This document shows positions 1 to 9,375 of a stretch of DNA of 64,000 nucleotides, one piece after another. The DNA lies in assembly GCA_964427045.1 (NCBI GenBank), contig CAYRTA010000001.1, positions 16,118 through 80,117 of the forward strand. The letters are read 5' to 3'. The notes below the pieces were generated by a model. The model worked only from the letters and a program-made list of their open reading frames with translations. It was not told where the DNA came from and searched no databases. Position 1 is the first letter of the stretch. Each line of letters begins with the position of its first letter. This DNA comes from an uncultured Hoministercoradaptatus sp. Lineage in GTDB: Bacteria; Bacillota; Clostridia; Lachnospirales; Lachnospiraceae. A program made the position numbers and the translations under genes.

Positions 1-52
1 GGCGAAAAAAGAGGGAGCAGAGAAATAGTAAAAAAGAAGGGGGACCATAAGG

Positions 53-1216
53 ATGGAAAGATATATTTTAAAAGCAAAAAACATCATCGTCGGCGAGGAC
101 TTACGGCCTTTGGAACATGGAGCCGTTAAGGTAGAAAACGGTAAGATTGCCGAGATTTACGAAAATGCCTCTCAGCTTCCCCAGGAAGCTGAGGATTCGG
201 TTATCGATCTGGGTGAGAGAACCTTGATTCCCGGTATGATCGATTGCCACAATCATCTGGCCCTTGACGCCAGACTGGAAAATCATCTGGTGAAGATGAA
301 TGACTGTGAGTGTGAGCAGACTTTGCGGGCTATCAAGACCATGAAGGACGATCTGGTTTCCGGCGTCACCACCTCCCGCTGCCTCGGCGACCGCTTCTAT
401 GTGGATGTGACCTGTAAAAAGGCCCAGAAGGAAGGCCGGATTGTGGGACCGAAGCTGGTGGTAAGCGGTATCGGTATGCGTGCTTCTCATGGTCATGGCT
501 ATGTGGGTATGCCGTTTAACGGACCGGAGGAATTCCGCAAACAGGCCCGTGAGAATATCGCCCATGGCGTTGACTTTTTGAAGGTTTTCATGACTAAGGT
601 AATCAATGCGACTTCTTTTATTTATCATTTCATGAGTCCGGAAGAGCTGCGGGCCGTTGTACAGGAAGCCAGAAGCGTGGGCCTCACCACTGCCTGTCAC
701 TGCTCCGGCGGCCAGGGCCTGGATGATTGCCTGGATGCGGGCATCGATTGCCTGGAGCATGTATATTATATCACCAAGGAGCAGGTGGAGCGGGTGCGCG
801 AAGAAGACCGCTGGGTGGTTTATACGCCGAGCTATGCTCTGAACGATGAATTGCTGTTTAAATTCTCTCCTCAGGACCGGGAAGGCAGCCTGCGGGAGAA
901 GGAAATTATCTGTAATTGTTTAAGAGGCGCCATCGAGGGCGGCTTGAAGTTCGGTATCGGTACCGATGGTATTCACCAGGGCCTGGCTCAGGAGGCCAAG
1001 TATATCTCAGAGCTGGGAGCTTCCAACAAAGATGTGCTGGCAGGTATCACCGTCAATGCCGCAAGACTGTGCGGCGTTGACCGTCAGACCGGTTCCATCA
1101 CCAAGGGTCTGGCTGCGGACCTGGTGGCTTGCGACGGAAATCCGTTGGAGGATATCACGGCGCTGAAACGGGTGGCGGCCGTATATCAGGATGGCCGTGC
1201 CATCGATTTGGCATAA
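53..1216 (+). CDS. Metal-dependent amidohydrolase (Xaa-Pro dipeptidase/imidazolonepropionase-like)
   Basis: PGMIDCHNH (HxH), DFLK, ACHC, LEH and GTD metal-ligand motifs; C-terminal GSITKGLAADLV. Confidence 0.85.
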   Translation: MERYILKAKNIIVGEDLRPLEHGAVKVENGKIAEIYENASQLPQEAEDSVIDLGERTLIPGMIDCHNHLALDARLENHLVKMNDCECEQTLRAIKTMKDDLVSGVTTSRCLGDRFYVDVTCKKAQKEGRIVGPKLVVSGIGMRASHGHGYVGMPFNGPEEFRKQARENIAHGVDFLKVFMTKVINATSFIYHFMSPEELRAVVQEARSVGLTTACHCSGGQGLDDCLDAGIDCLEHVYYITKEQVERVREEDRWVVYTPSYALNDELLFKFSPQDREGSLREKEIICNCLRGAIEGGLKFGIGTDGIHQGLAQEAKYISELGASNKDVLAGITVNAARLCGVDRQTGSITKGLAADLVACDGNPLEDITALKRVAAVYQDGRAIDLA

Positions 1217-1263
1217 GACGGGTATTGGAAAAAGCAGTCATTTTATTGATAACATACTCTCCT

Positions 1264-1306
1264 AAAAGAAGGACGGCAGTTTTCGCAAACTGCCGTCTTT
1301 TCTTTT
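1264..1306. terminator. Bidirectional rho-independent terminator
   Basis: AAAAGAAGGACGGCAGTTT-TCGC-AAACTGCCGTCTTTTCTTTT hairpin between convergent genes. Confidence 0.85.
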
Positions 1307-1315
1307 GGGAAGGGC

Positions 1316-3778
1316 CTATTTTTTGGTCAGCTTCAGGACATTGAAGGAGCCGGCCGGTGCGGGATAGGTAAATTGGGAGGCCCCGTTGGTGTAGGTATAA
1401 GTGACAGGCGCTACCTTCAGCGGCTCTTCGAGGCTGTTTTGATCCTGTAGATTGCCGGTCAGCACCTGGACGGTGTAAATAGGTTCGATCTGGCAATCCA
1501 GACGAATCGTCAGCTTATCGGGAAGCGTACTGTAATTGACGACTTTGACATAGAGGTATTGGTCATCTTCAGACACCAGCTCTTTTACCAGTGGGTAAGC
1601 GGCTACCTGGGCGGACTGTACCAGTTTACCATTTAGGAAGCAGTCGAAACCTCCTTTTTTGGTGACTATCCGGATATGATTGTAATGGCCCCAGCGGATG
1701 GGGAGTTGGACTTCATCGCCGAAGTAGCTGCGGTTAAACCGGTTGATGCTGGCGAAACGTCCGGCGCCCTTTTGGATGGACCATGCGTGACAGTAGGTAT
1801 AAGAGGGATTCCAAAGCGTATGCAGCGGATTAGTCTCATCTCTGGAAAACAGCATAGGTGAGCTGTGGGTCCACACCGCAAAATCGACGCTCTGGTCCGG
1901 GGAGGAAAACAGAAAATCCAGCTCATAGGTACAGGTATGCTTATCCTCGTTTCCGAAGGTGACAAAGGCGCTGTGGGGCGGAATATGTCCCATGTTGGGA
2001 TAGCCCTCCAGCTCATTGATGTAATCGGAGCAGATTTCCAGGGCGCCGTCCTCCTGTTTTTGTACCTCGCCGAGAACGCCGTGGGAGAAAGCGGCGGGCT
2101 GTCCGTCCACCAGGACGTTCTTTAGGCGGCATCCCGCCTGGGCCAGGATGCCGTTGAGTCCCCGGTGATCCGGGCAGCCGAAGGGGGATTCGCTGCGGGA
2201 GGTCAAAAGCCGCTTCCCGTGGCTGGCGGCCAGCATGGACAGGGCGTAGTAAAAAGGAATGCCATAGCAGGCGTGGTTATCAAAGGCGATCAGATTGGGA
2301 TACCAGGAGGTATAGGCCACGTGCTGGAATAAGGGCGCGTAGCAGGTGAGGCGGACCACATCCTGGTTTTTTTCGGCATCCATCAGATACATGGTCTCGG
2401 CCAGGGCCGATTTCAGGTTTCCGATATCGTGGCCGCTGGTCACTGCATACTCGCCGATGAAGATGCCGGGACCGCTTCTGTCATATTGTTCGTATTTGGT
2501 GGCCGCCGTTACGAAGTGGTCGGCGGTACTGTATAAATGTTCGTCCACGATCTGTGTGGGAAGATGCCGGCGCTCCGTGTGCGTGTTGGAAATCAAAATC
2601 ATCTCCGGGTGCCGTTCGTGGATGGCGCGGTAAAATTTTTCATATCTGGTAAAATACACTTCTTTATCATTTTCATTGCCGATCTCAAGATATTTCAGAC
2701 GGAAGGGGGCGGGATGTCCCTGGGCGGCGCGCAGACGGCCCCATTTGGTATCCGCAGGTCCCGTGGCGTACTCGATGGCATCCAATGCCTCCTGCAATAA
2801 CTCATCCAATTCTTCTCCCTCAAAATATTCCGGTTTTCTGCCCTGACAGGTGAGGCCGCAGTTGACCACATACATGGCTTCCAGATGTAAATCCTCGCAG
2901 ATTTGCAGATATTCATGGAAGCCCAGGCCATTGGTGGTGCGGTAATGCCACATGAGATTTTGGCTGGGCCGTTCCCATACGGGGCCCACGGTGTTGGAAA
3001 AACGCATGGCTGTTTCCTTGGTAAAGCCTTCTACAATGCAGCCGCCGGGAAAACGCAGGAATTTGGAGTGGGTATTTTTCAGCATTTTCATGAGGTCTCT
3101 GCGCATACCGTGTCCGTTGTAGGTATCCCAGGGCATCAGCGAGGTGAAACCGATGCGGATATGGGCCGGTTTAGCGGCGGCAATCGTACAGATGGCGTCC
3201 GGGTCGGAAACACTGACGGTCAGGGAAAGCTGGTATTGCCGATAGCCGTCGCCGGAGATATGCAAAGCTTCGCTGGCGTATATCCGGTGCTCCCTGGATT
3301 CCAGCCGGATGGAAAGATTTGCCTCTCCCTTGGCAAACATAAGGAAGTGATAGGTTTCCTGGCAGGTGAGGGGAACCCCCTGATATCCGATATTGTAGAT
3401 GGCGCCGTCTTCCAAAAAGGACACATCCAGGGCCGCCAGTCTGTGGGGGTTGAGAGTATCCTCCTGCGTCAGCGTCATGACGGCCCCTTCGGCATACCAG
3501 CCGGGAATCGGGGTTGGGGGGACCTGATCCAGCCACCGTTTTAGTCCTTCCCCGTTATTGAACTGATCCCGCCATCCGGTGGGCGCCACGAAGCCGTAGG
3601 CGCCATCGAGGGGCAGGCAGCGTGGGGGCAAAAGCGAGTCCTCGAAGGCCCGGTTTCGGAGTAATTCCGGATAAAGCCCGCCGTCGGCGGAGCGGTTGAT
3701 ATCTTCAAAAAACAGCCCGTAAAAATCCGGGGCAGTTTGAAAACGTATATGTTTCGTTTGAATGTCGATCGTACTCAT
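1316..3778 (-). CDS. GH51 alpha-L-arabinofuranosidase, long form, no signal peptide
   Basis: YGLFFEDIN..DGGLY, LRFPGGC, EIGNEN (acid/base), IGEYA (nucleophile), CYAPLF; RBS AGGAGG. Confidence 0.9.
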   Translation of the reverse strand: MSTIDIQTKHIRFQTAPDFYGLFFEDINRSADGGLYPELLRNRAFEDSLLPPRCLPLDGAYGFVAPTGWRDQFNNGEGLKRWLDQVPPTPIPGWYAEGAVMTLTQEDTLNPHRLAALDVSFLEDGAIYNIGYQGVPLTCQETYHFLMFAKGEANLSIRLESREHRIYASEALHISGDGYRQYQLSLTVSVSDPDAICTIAAAKPAHIRIGFTSLMPWDTYNGHGMRRDLMKMLKNTHSKFLRFPGGCIVEGFTKETAMRFSNTVGPVWERPSQNLMWHYRTTNGLGFHEYLQICEDLHLEAMYVVNCGLTCQGRKPEYFEGEELDELLQEALDAIEYATGPADTKWGRLRAAQGHPAPFRLKYLEIGNENDKEVYFTRYEKFYRAIHERHPEMILISNTHTERRHLPTQIVDEHLYSTADHFVTAATKYEQYDRSGPGIFIGEYAVTSGHDIGNLKSALAETMYLMDAEKNQDVVRLTCYAPLFQHVAYTSWYPNLIAFDNHACYGIPFYYALSMLAASHGKRLLTSRSESPFGCPDHRGLNGILAQAGCRLKNVLVDGQPAAFSHGVLGEVQKQEDGALEICSDYINELEGYPNMGHIPPHSAFVTFGNEDKHTCTYELDFLFSSPDQSVDFAVWTHSSPMLFSRDETNPLHTLWNPSYTYCHAWSIQKGAGRFASINRFNRSYFGDEVQLPIRWGHYNHIRIVTKKGGFDCFLNGKLVQSAQVAAYPLVKELVSEDDQYLYVKVVNYSTLPDKLTIRLDCQIEPIYTVQVLTGNLQDQNSLEEPLKVAPVTYTYTNGASQFTYPAPAGSFNVLKLTKK

Positions 3779-3848
3779 AAGACGCCTCCTTTATGTATAA
3801 AAATAGGTTGATGGATTGGTAAAAATAAATGATCTTATCAGTAAAAGA

Positions 3849-3864
3849 AGCAAAAAGAATGCCA
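3849..3864 (-). promoter_or_regulatory. sigma54 (-24/-12) promoter of the GH51 gene
   Basis: Minus strand TGGCAT-TCTTT-TTGCT with GG-N10-GC spacing, about 70 bp upstream of the ATG; adjacent bEBP gene. Confidence 0.8.
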
Positions 3865-4061
3865 AATGAAAGGGGAGCGAAAGCCCGGAAAAATGGGAGG
3901 AAAAGCGGGATTGCCGGAAAATGGGCGGTCGCAGGCCGTTCATGCAAGCAACAGGTGAACACCAAACGAACACGTTGAAATGGACAATAGGATAATGATA
4001 TAATATAAATAGGGAAGTTTCAGATTGGCGTATTAGCACCCCAGGATGGAAGGTGAGAAAA

Positions 4062-5978
4062 ATGAGGAAGATTATTTATTTCGTTCCCTATCCGGAATTG
4101 ATACCCAAGGTGCGGGAGGTTATGAGCCGCAGCTATTACAGCGAGCTATTTTCTGCCGCCTCGGTTCGGTATTATCCGGATATGTTCAGCCAGGAGGTAG
4201 ATGAGGACTGCGACCTGGTGATTGTCAGAGGCTGTTCTGTGCAGGTGATCAAGGAAAAATATAATGGACCGGTTGTGGGCGTACCCGTTACCGGAGATGA
4301 TATTATCAGCTCCATCGAGGAATGCCGGGAGAGAATGACCCCGAAAAAAATCGGTTTTATCGGAGACGTGGGCGGCGATTATTCCAATTATGAGGATATC
4401 TGGGGACAGGATTCCATTGCTGGTCTGAACCGGAGTATCTATGTGGCGGAAAGTCCTTATGAGGTGGAGGACGCCGTGGACCGGGCGGTGGAGGATGGCT
4501 GCGATGCTTTAATCGGCGGCGGACATGCGGATAAATGTATTCTGAAAAAGGGATATAATGTATATTCCGGCATTGTCAGAACCAGTGAGGATGATATCAT
4601 CAGGGCTCTGAATCTGGCGGCCACTTTTATTTTGAGCCTGGAACGGGAGAAAAACCAGGTCAATATGTTCCGGTATGTGGCCGAGAATGTTTCTGATGGG
4701 CTCATCTACGTGGACTCCAATGACCATGTGAGAATTATGAACCGGGCCACCCGGATGATTGCCGGCGTTGAGATGGGAGAGGATGATGCGATCAGCGTCC
4801 GGATTCCGTTTATGGCCGATGATTTTTATAAGGCTAAAAACGGTCAGACGAATCTGGAAAATATTATTTTTAACCGGCACTGCAGGAAGATGTCGGTGGA
4901 TTTCATTCCGATCGTGGGGGAGGAATCGGGTGATAAAAAGTATCAGGGGATGTTAATTACCGTCCGGGATATCGGACAGTTTCAGCGTAAGGAGATTCAA
5001 ATTCGAAATAAATTAGGTGAAAACGGCTTTTATGCAAAGTACGAATTTAAGGATATTATTTATCATAGTGAGGAAATGGAAGCGGTAATAAAAAAGGCCC
5101 GGAAATACGCGATGGTTTCCTCCAATGTGTTGATCTATGGAGAGACCGGTACCGGGAAAGAACTGATAGCGCAGAGCATGCATAATGTCAGCGACCGTAA
5201 AAACGGTCCCTTTGTGGCGGTAAACTGCGCCTCTTTGCCGGAAAATCTGATGGAGAGTGAATTGTTTGGCTACGAGGAGGGCTCTTTTACGGGAGCCGTG
5301 AAGGGAGGAAAGGCCGGTCTGTTTGAGATGGCCCACAAGGGCACCATTTTTCTGGATGAGATTTCCGAGCTTCCTCTGGGATTCCAGAATAAGATTCTGC
5401 GTGTCATTCAGGAACGGGAAGTACGCCGGGTGGGCGGTAAAAAGGTAATCAAGATCGATGTGCGGATTATCGCCGCCACAAACAGAAATCTGAAAACCAT
5501 GATTGAAAAAGGACTTTTCCGGGCGGATTTGTTTTACCGTCTGAATGTTTTGCAGGTATCGGTGCCGCCGCTTCGGGAGAGAAAGGGAGACATCGAGATT
5601 CTGGCCAAGTATTATCTGCTGTATTACAGTAAAAAGTTTGGTTCGGTGGCCAATGACTTTACGGATGAAGCGCTGCAGCTTTTGAGCCGGTATCCGTTCC
5701 GCGGCAACATCCGTGAGCTGCGCAATCTGATGGAACGGCTGAGCGTGATTACCGAGAACCGGAAAGCCGGCTGCCGGGAGGTAATCGAGGCTCTGGAGGA
5801 GGATATGCCGGAAGAGATGAGCGTGGAATTGGAGACAGAGGCAAAGGAGATTCAAAAGGATGAGGTAATTCGTCTTTTGGAGGAATATCATAACAATAAG
5901 AGCCAGGTGGCCAGGGCATTGGGCATTAACCGCACAACCCTGTGGAGAAGAATGAGAAAATGGGGATTGGAAGAGTAG
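4062..5978 (+). CDS. PrpR-type sigma54-dependent activator (PrpR_N, PAS, AAA+, Fis HTH)
   Basis: GETGTGKE Walker A, ESELFGYEEGSFTGA (GAFTGA loop), IFLDEI Walker B, FRADLFYRL, GNIREL, C-terminal ARALGINRTTLWRR; alternative GTG start at 4053. Confidence 0.92.
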   Translation: MRKIIYFVPYPELIPKVREVMSRSYYSELFSAASVRYYPDMFSQEVDEDCDLVIVRGCSVQVIKEKYNGPVVGVPVTGDDIISSIEECRERMTPKKIGFIGDVGGDYSNYEDIWGQDSIAGLNRSIYVAESPYEVEDAVDRAVEDGCDALIGGGHADKCILKKGYNVYSGIVRTSEDDIIRALNLAATFILSLEREKNQVNMFRYVAENVSDGLIYVDSNDHVRIMNRATRMIAGVEMGEDDAISVRIPFMADDFYKAKNGQTNLENIIFNRHCRKMSVDFIPIVGEESGDKKYQGMLITVRDIGQFQRKEIQIRNKLGENGFYAKYEFKDIIYHSEEMEAVIKKARKYAMVSSNVLIYGETGTGKELIAQSMHNVSDRKNGPFVAVNCASLPENLMESELFGYEEGSFTGAVKGGKAGLFEMAHKGTIFLDEISELPLGFQNKILRVIQEREVRRVGGKKVIKIDVRIIAATNRNLKTMIEKGLFRADLFYRLNVLQVSVPPLRERKGDIEILAKYYLLYYSKKFGSVANDFTDEALQLLSRYPFRGNIRELRNLMERLSVITENRKAGCREVIEALEEDMPEEMSVELETEAKEIQKDEVIRLLEEYHNNKSQVARALGINRTTLWRRMRKWGLEE

Positions 5979-6035
5979 ATACTCTTTATGTGCGCAACGT
6001 TCGGTGAACATAGATGTGCAACGGAAATTGTTTGG

Positions 6036-6072
6036 AAAGAGGTGACAGGATTTGTCATCTCTTTTCTTTTTT
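6036..6072 (+). terminator. Rho-independent terminator after the regulator
   Basis: AAAGAGGTGACA-GGATT-TGTCATCTCTTT followed by T run. Confidence 0.75.
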
Positions 6073-6132
6073 GTGCCTTTGCATATTGATTTTCCAGAGT
6101 TTAAAAAGTTTTGGGGACAAAATTTGAATGGT

Positions 6133-6148
6133 TGGCACACAAATTGCT
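6133..6148 (+). promoter_or_regulatory. sigma54 (-24/-12) promoter of the ABC/GH51 operon
   Basis: TGGCAC-ACAAA-TTGCT, full consensus, 60 bp upstream of the ATG at 6209. Confidence 0.9.
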
Positions 6149-6208
6149 TAATATATGGGTATAGCCGGCTAAGTTGAAATGTGAAAAAACGATAAAGGAG
6201 GAAAGCGT

Positions 6209-7543
6209 ATGAAAAAAATTGCGAGATTATTAATTGCCGTGATGTTGATGGTATCTTTGGCAGCTTGTGGAGGAAGCGAAAACGGAGATACGGACAAGGA
6301 ATCCACTTCTTCTGAAAACGAGACCCAGGGTTCAGGTGAGGCGACGGAACTTACTGTATGGACTTCCAACGAGCTGCATAATATGATCTTCGAGTTTGGT
6401 GAGCAGGCATACAATGAAAAGAATCCGGATAATCCGGTAAAATTGAATATCGAAGTGTATCCAAACGCGGAAATGGCAAACAAGTTGTTGATTGCTCTGC
6501 AGTCTGGCGTAGGAGCACCGGACATTGCCGATATCAATATCAATTATTTCTCGAACTTCTTAAAGGGCGATATTCAGTTGGTTCCCCTGAATGATATCGT
6601 TGAGCGTGAATTGGATAACTGCGTAGAGTCCAGATTTGACCTGTACAAAAAAGATGATAACTATTATGGCATTCCTACCCATGTGGGCGCCACGGTTGTG
6701 TACTACAATACGGAGATTATGGCCCAGGCCGGATATAGCATTGAGGATATCGACGCCATTGAGACCTGGGATCAGTATCGTGAAATCGGCGAGGACGTGT
6801 TCGAAAAGACCGGTATTCCGATGACTGTTTATGAAGTATCGAACCAGAGACCGTTCTGGCCGCTGATCGTTCAGAGCGGCGGAGATTATCTGGCAGAAGA
6901 TGGTTCCGTTATCATGGACAGTGACACGAACATCGAGGTTCTGGAATGGATGAAAGAGTTCTGGGATACCGGAGCAGTGGTTGCCTGCCCTGGAGGCTCT
7001 ACCTCTGTTGAGGAGTTCTGGACCTGGCTGAATCAGGGTGGATGTGCATCCCTGACCATGCCGTCCTGGTATATGTCCCGTTACATCAACTACATGCCTG
7101 ACCTGGAAGGAAAGATCGCCATCCGTCCGATGCCCGTATTCGAAGAAGGCCAGCCGAGAACCGTTGGTATCGGCGGTACCGGTACGGCAATCACTACCCA
7201 GTGCGAGAACATCGATCTGGCAAAAGAAGTATTATATGAAGCAAAGCTGACCTATGAAGCCAATGTGAATATTTGGGAAAGCGTACAGTTTGACCCGGTT
7301 CGCACGGATGTGTGGAGCGACGAGCGTCTGACTGTTCCTATGGAGTATTTCAATAACGAATCCTTCTTCGCCATCATGGGTGAATACGTGGATGGTTGTC
7401 CTTCTCCGACCAATCCGGAGCTGGCAACTGCCGCTCAGGATTTGATCAACAATACGGTTATGTATAACGTATTTGTAGACGGTACCCAGACGCCGGCCGA
7501 AGCTTTGAAAGCGGCAGCCGAGGAGCTGAGAGCGCAGCAGTAA
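6209..7543 (+). CDS. araN: Arabino-oligosaccharide ABC transporter substrate-binding lipoprotein
   Basis: Lipobox LAAC; GAPDIADIN..FSNFLKG and GIGGTGT segments resemble Bacillus AraN; operon context. Confidence 0.8.
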   Translation: MKKIARLLIAVMLMVSLAACGGSENGDTDKESTSSENETQGSGEATELTVWTSNELHNMIFEFGEQAYNEKNPDNPVKLNIEVYPNAEMANKLLIALQSGVGAPDIADININYFSNFLKGDIQLVPLNDIVERELDNCVESRFDLYKKDDNYYGIPTHVGATVVYYNTEIMAQAGYSIEDIDAIETWDQYREIGEDVFEKTGIPMTVYEVSNQRPFWPLIVQSGGDYLAEDGSVIMDSDTNIEVLEWMKEFWDTGAVVACPGGSTSVEEFWTWLNQGGCASLTMPSWYMSRYINYMPDLEGKIAIRPMPVFEEGQPRTVGIGGTGTAITTQCENIDLAKEVLYEAKLTYEANVNIWESVQFDPVRTDVWSDERLTVPMEYFNNESFFAIMGEYVDGCPSPTNPELATAAQDLINNTVMYNVFVDGTQTPAEALKAAAEELRAQQ

Positions 7544-7610
7544 ACCTTATGAATTGCATCTGGCAGGCCTTATGGTCTGCCAGATAGCTGCAGGAAAGGG
7601 TGATGCATAT

Positions 7611-8522
7611 ATGAAGAAAAATACAGAAACGAAGGGATTAAAGAAAATATTATACAGCAAAAAAGCCGCGCCATACATCTTCTGTCTGCCGTTTATCCTG
7701 TCATTCCTCGTGTTCTTTTTATATCCTGCGGTGAACACCTTTTTGATGAGCTTTCAGAAGATAGAGGGCTTTAACAGTGCCACCTGGATTGGACTGGGAA
7801 ACTATAAGCGCCTGTTCAATGCCCATTTCTATAATGCCCTGAAATCCAGCACCATTTATACGATCTGCATGGTTTGTATTATGCTGGTTGTGCCGATTAC
7901 CGTGGCCACGCTTTTAAACTCCAATCTGATGAAATTGAAAAATTTCTTCCGGTCAGCGATTTTTATCCCGACCCTTACTTCGGTCATCGTAGCCGGTATT
8001 GCCTTCCGCTTGATGTTTGGAGAGACGGAAGCTGGCTTGTTTAATTCTATCATTATCAAGCTGGGCGGAACGGTCATTCCCTGGAAAACCGGGTATGTCA
8101 CAGGTATGATCATGATGGTTACGCTGGCGGCCTGGAGAGAATTGGGAATCAATATGGTGTATTGCCTTTCTGCTTTGCAGACGATACCATCGGAGCTTTA
8201 TGAAGCGGCGGATATTGACGGCTGCAGCGCCATCCAGAAATTCTGGTATGTGACGATTCCGCAGGTGCGGCCCATTATCGTTTATATTTTGACACTTACC
8301 ATATTGAATGGTTATCGTATGTTCACGGAAGGTTATGTATATTGGAACGAAACCAATCCCGGCGATATCGGTCTGACGATTGTGCGGTATATTTACCAGC
8401 AGGCGTTCCAGAGAAACGATTTCGGTATGGGCTCTGCGATCGGCGTGGTACTTCTGGCCATCGTGCTGACGGTCAATTTGTTCCAGTTGAACTTCTTTGG
8501 TCTGTTTAAAAAGGAGGAGTAG
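7611..8522 (+). CDS. araP: Carbohydrate ABC permease
   Basis: YSKKAAPYIFCLPFILSFLVFFLYP N-terminus like AraP; EAA loop ELYEAADIDG; ATG 7611 preferred over track start 7554. Confidence 0.85.
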   Translation: MKKNTETKGLKKILYSKKAAPYIFCLPFILSFLVFFLYPAVNTFLMSFQKIEGFNSATWIGLGNYKRLFNAHFYNALKSSTIYTICMVCIMLVVPITVATLLNSNLMKLKNFFRSAIFIPTLTSVIVAGIAFRLMFGETEAGLFNSIIIKLGGTVIPWKTGYVTGMIMMVTLAAWRELGINMVYCLSALQTIPSELYEAADIDGCSAIQKFWYVTIPQVRPIIVYILTLTILNGYRMFTEGYVYWNETNPGDIGLTIVRYIYQQAFQRNDFGMGSAIGVVLLAIVLTVNLFQLNFFGLFKKEE

Positions 8523-8525
8523 CTG

Positions 8526-9365
8526 ATGAAAACGAGAAGGAAAGTAACGACAGTGCTGTTGGTGATTATTTTTCTGTTTATTGCGGCCATTATGTTGTTT
8601 CCGGTATTTTATCTGATTATCGGTTCTCTTCAGGACGGACAGGAAATTTTCCGGGTAGGCATGAAATTCTTTCTGAAGCCTTCCGATATGAAGTTGGATA
8701 ATTATCCGAATTTGTTTACTTATAATAATGGAATTTATGTGAAATGGTTTCTAAACAGCGTGTTTTATGCTCTGACCTTTACGGTCTGCGGCCTGGTGCT
8801 GACATCTTTAGTGGGCTACGGCCTGGGAGCTTATGATTTCAGGGGCAAGAACGTGATCTTTGTCACCGTTATGGTGGTTATGATGATTCCCCTTGAGATT
8901 CTCATGCTGCCTTTGTACAAGCTGATTGTAAACATGAAGCTGATCAATACGGTAGGAGGCGTGGTATTTCCCTTTATGGTGGCGCCGGTGGCGATCTTTT
9001 TCTTCCGGCAGTTTGTGGCCGGGCTTCCCAGAGAGCTGATGGAGTCCGCCCGCATCGATGGCTGTACGGAGTTTGGCATTTTTTACCGAATCATGGTCCC
9101 GCTGATGAAGCCGGCATTTGGAGCCATGACCATATTACTGGCGATGCAGAATTGGAATAGTTTCGTCTGGCCCCTGATTGTACTGCGGGACAACGAAAAA
9201 TTTACCCTGACGATCGGTATCGCCTCCTTGATCAATCCGTATAGTGCCAATTACGATGTGATGATCGCCGGTTCGGTGGTGGCGATTTTGCCGATTTTGA
9301 TTCTGTTCTTACTGAATCAGAGATTCTTTATTGCAGGCCTCACCAGCGGAGGCGTGAAAGGTTAG
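8526..9365 (+). CDS. araQ: Carbohydrate ABC permease
   Basis: [13 protein letters not shown] motif, [24 protein letters not shown]. Confidence 0.85.
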   Translation: MKTRRKVTTVLLVIIFLFIAAIMLFPVFYLIIGSLQDGQEIFRVGMKFFLKPSDMKLDNYPNLFTYNNGIYVKWFLNSVFYALTFTVCGLVLTSLVGYGLGAYDFRGKNVIFVTVMVVMMIPLEILMLPLYKLIVNMKLINTVGGVVFPFMVAPVAIFFFRQFVAGLPRELMESARIDGCTEFGIFYRIMVPLMKPAFGAMTILLAMQNWNSFVWPLIVLRDNEKFTLTIGIASLINPYSANYDVMIAGSVVAILPILILFLLNQRFFIAGLTSGGVKG

Positions 9366-9375
9366 GAGGGAGACT

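Noticed and set aside
5013-6140. 375-aa minus-strand ORF, and similar long antisense ORFs at 22376-23467, 42642-43577, 16706-17482 and 47452-48219
   Set aside because: They lie opposite well-supported genes and show no motifs or RBS; codon-bias shadows
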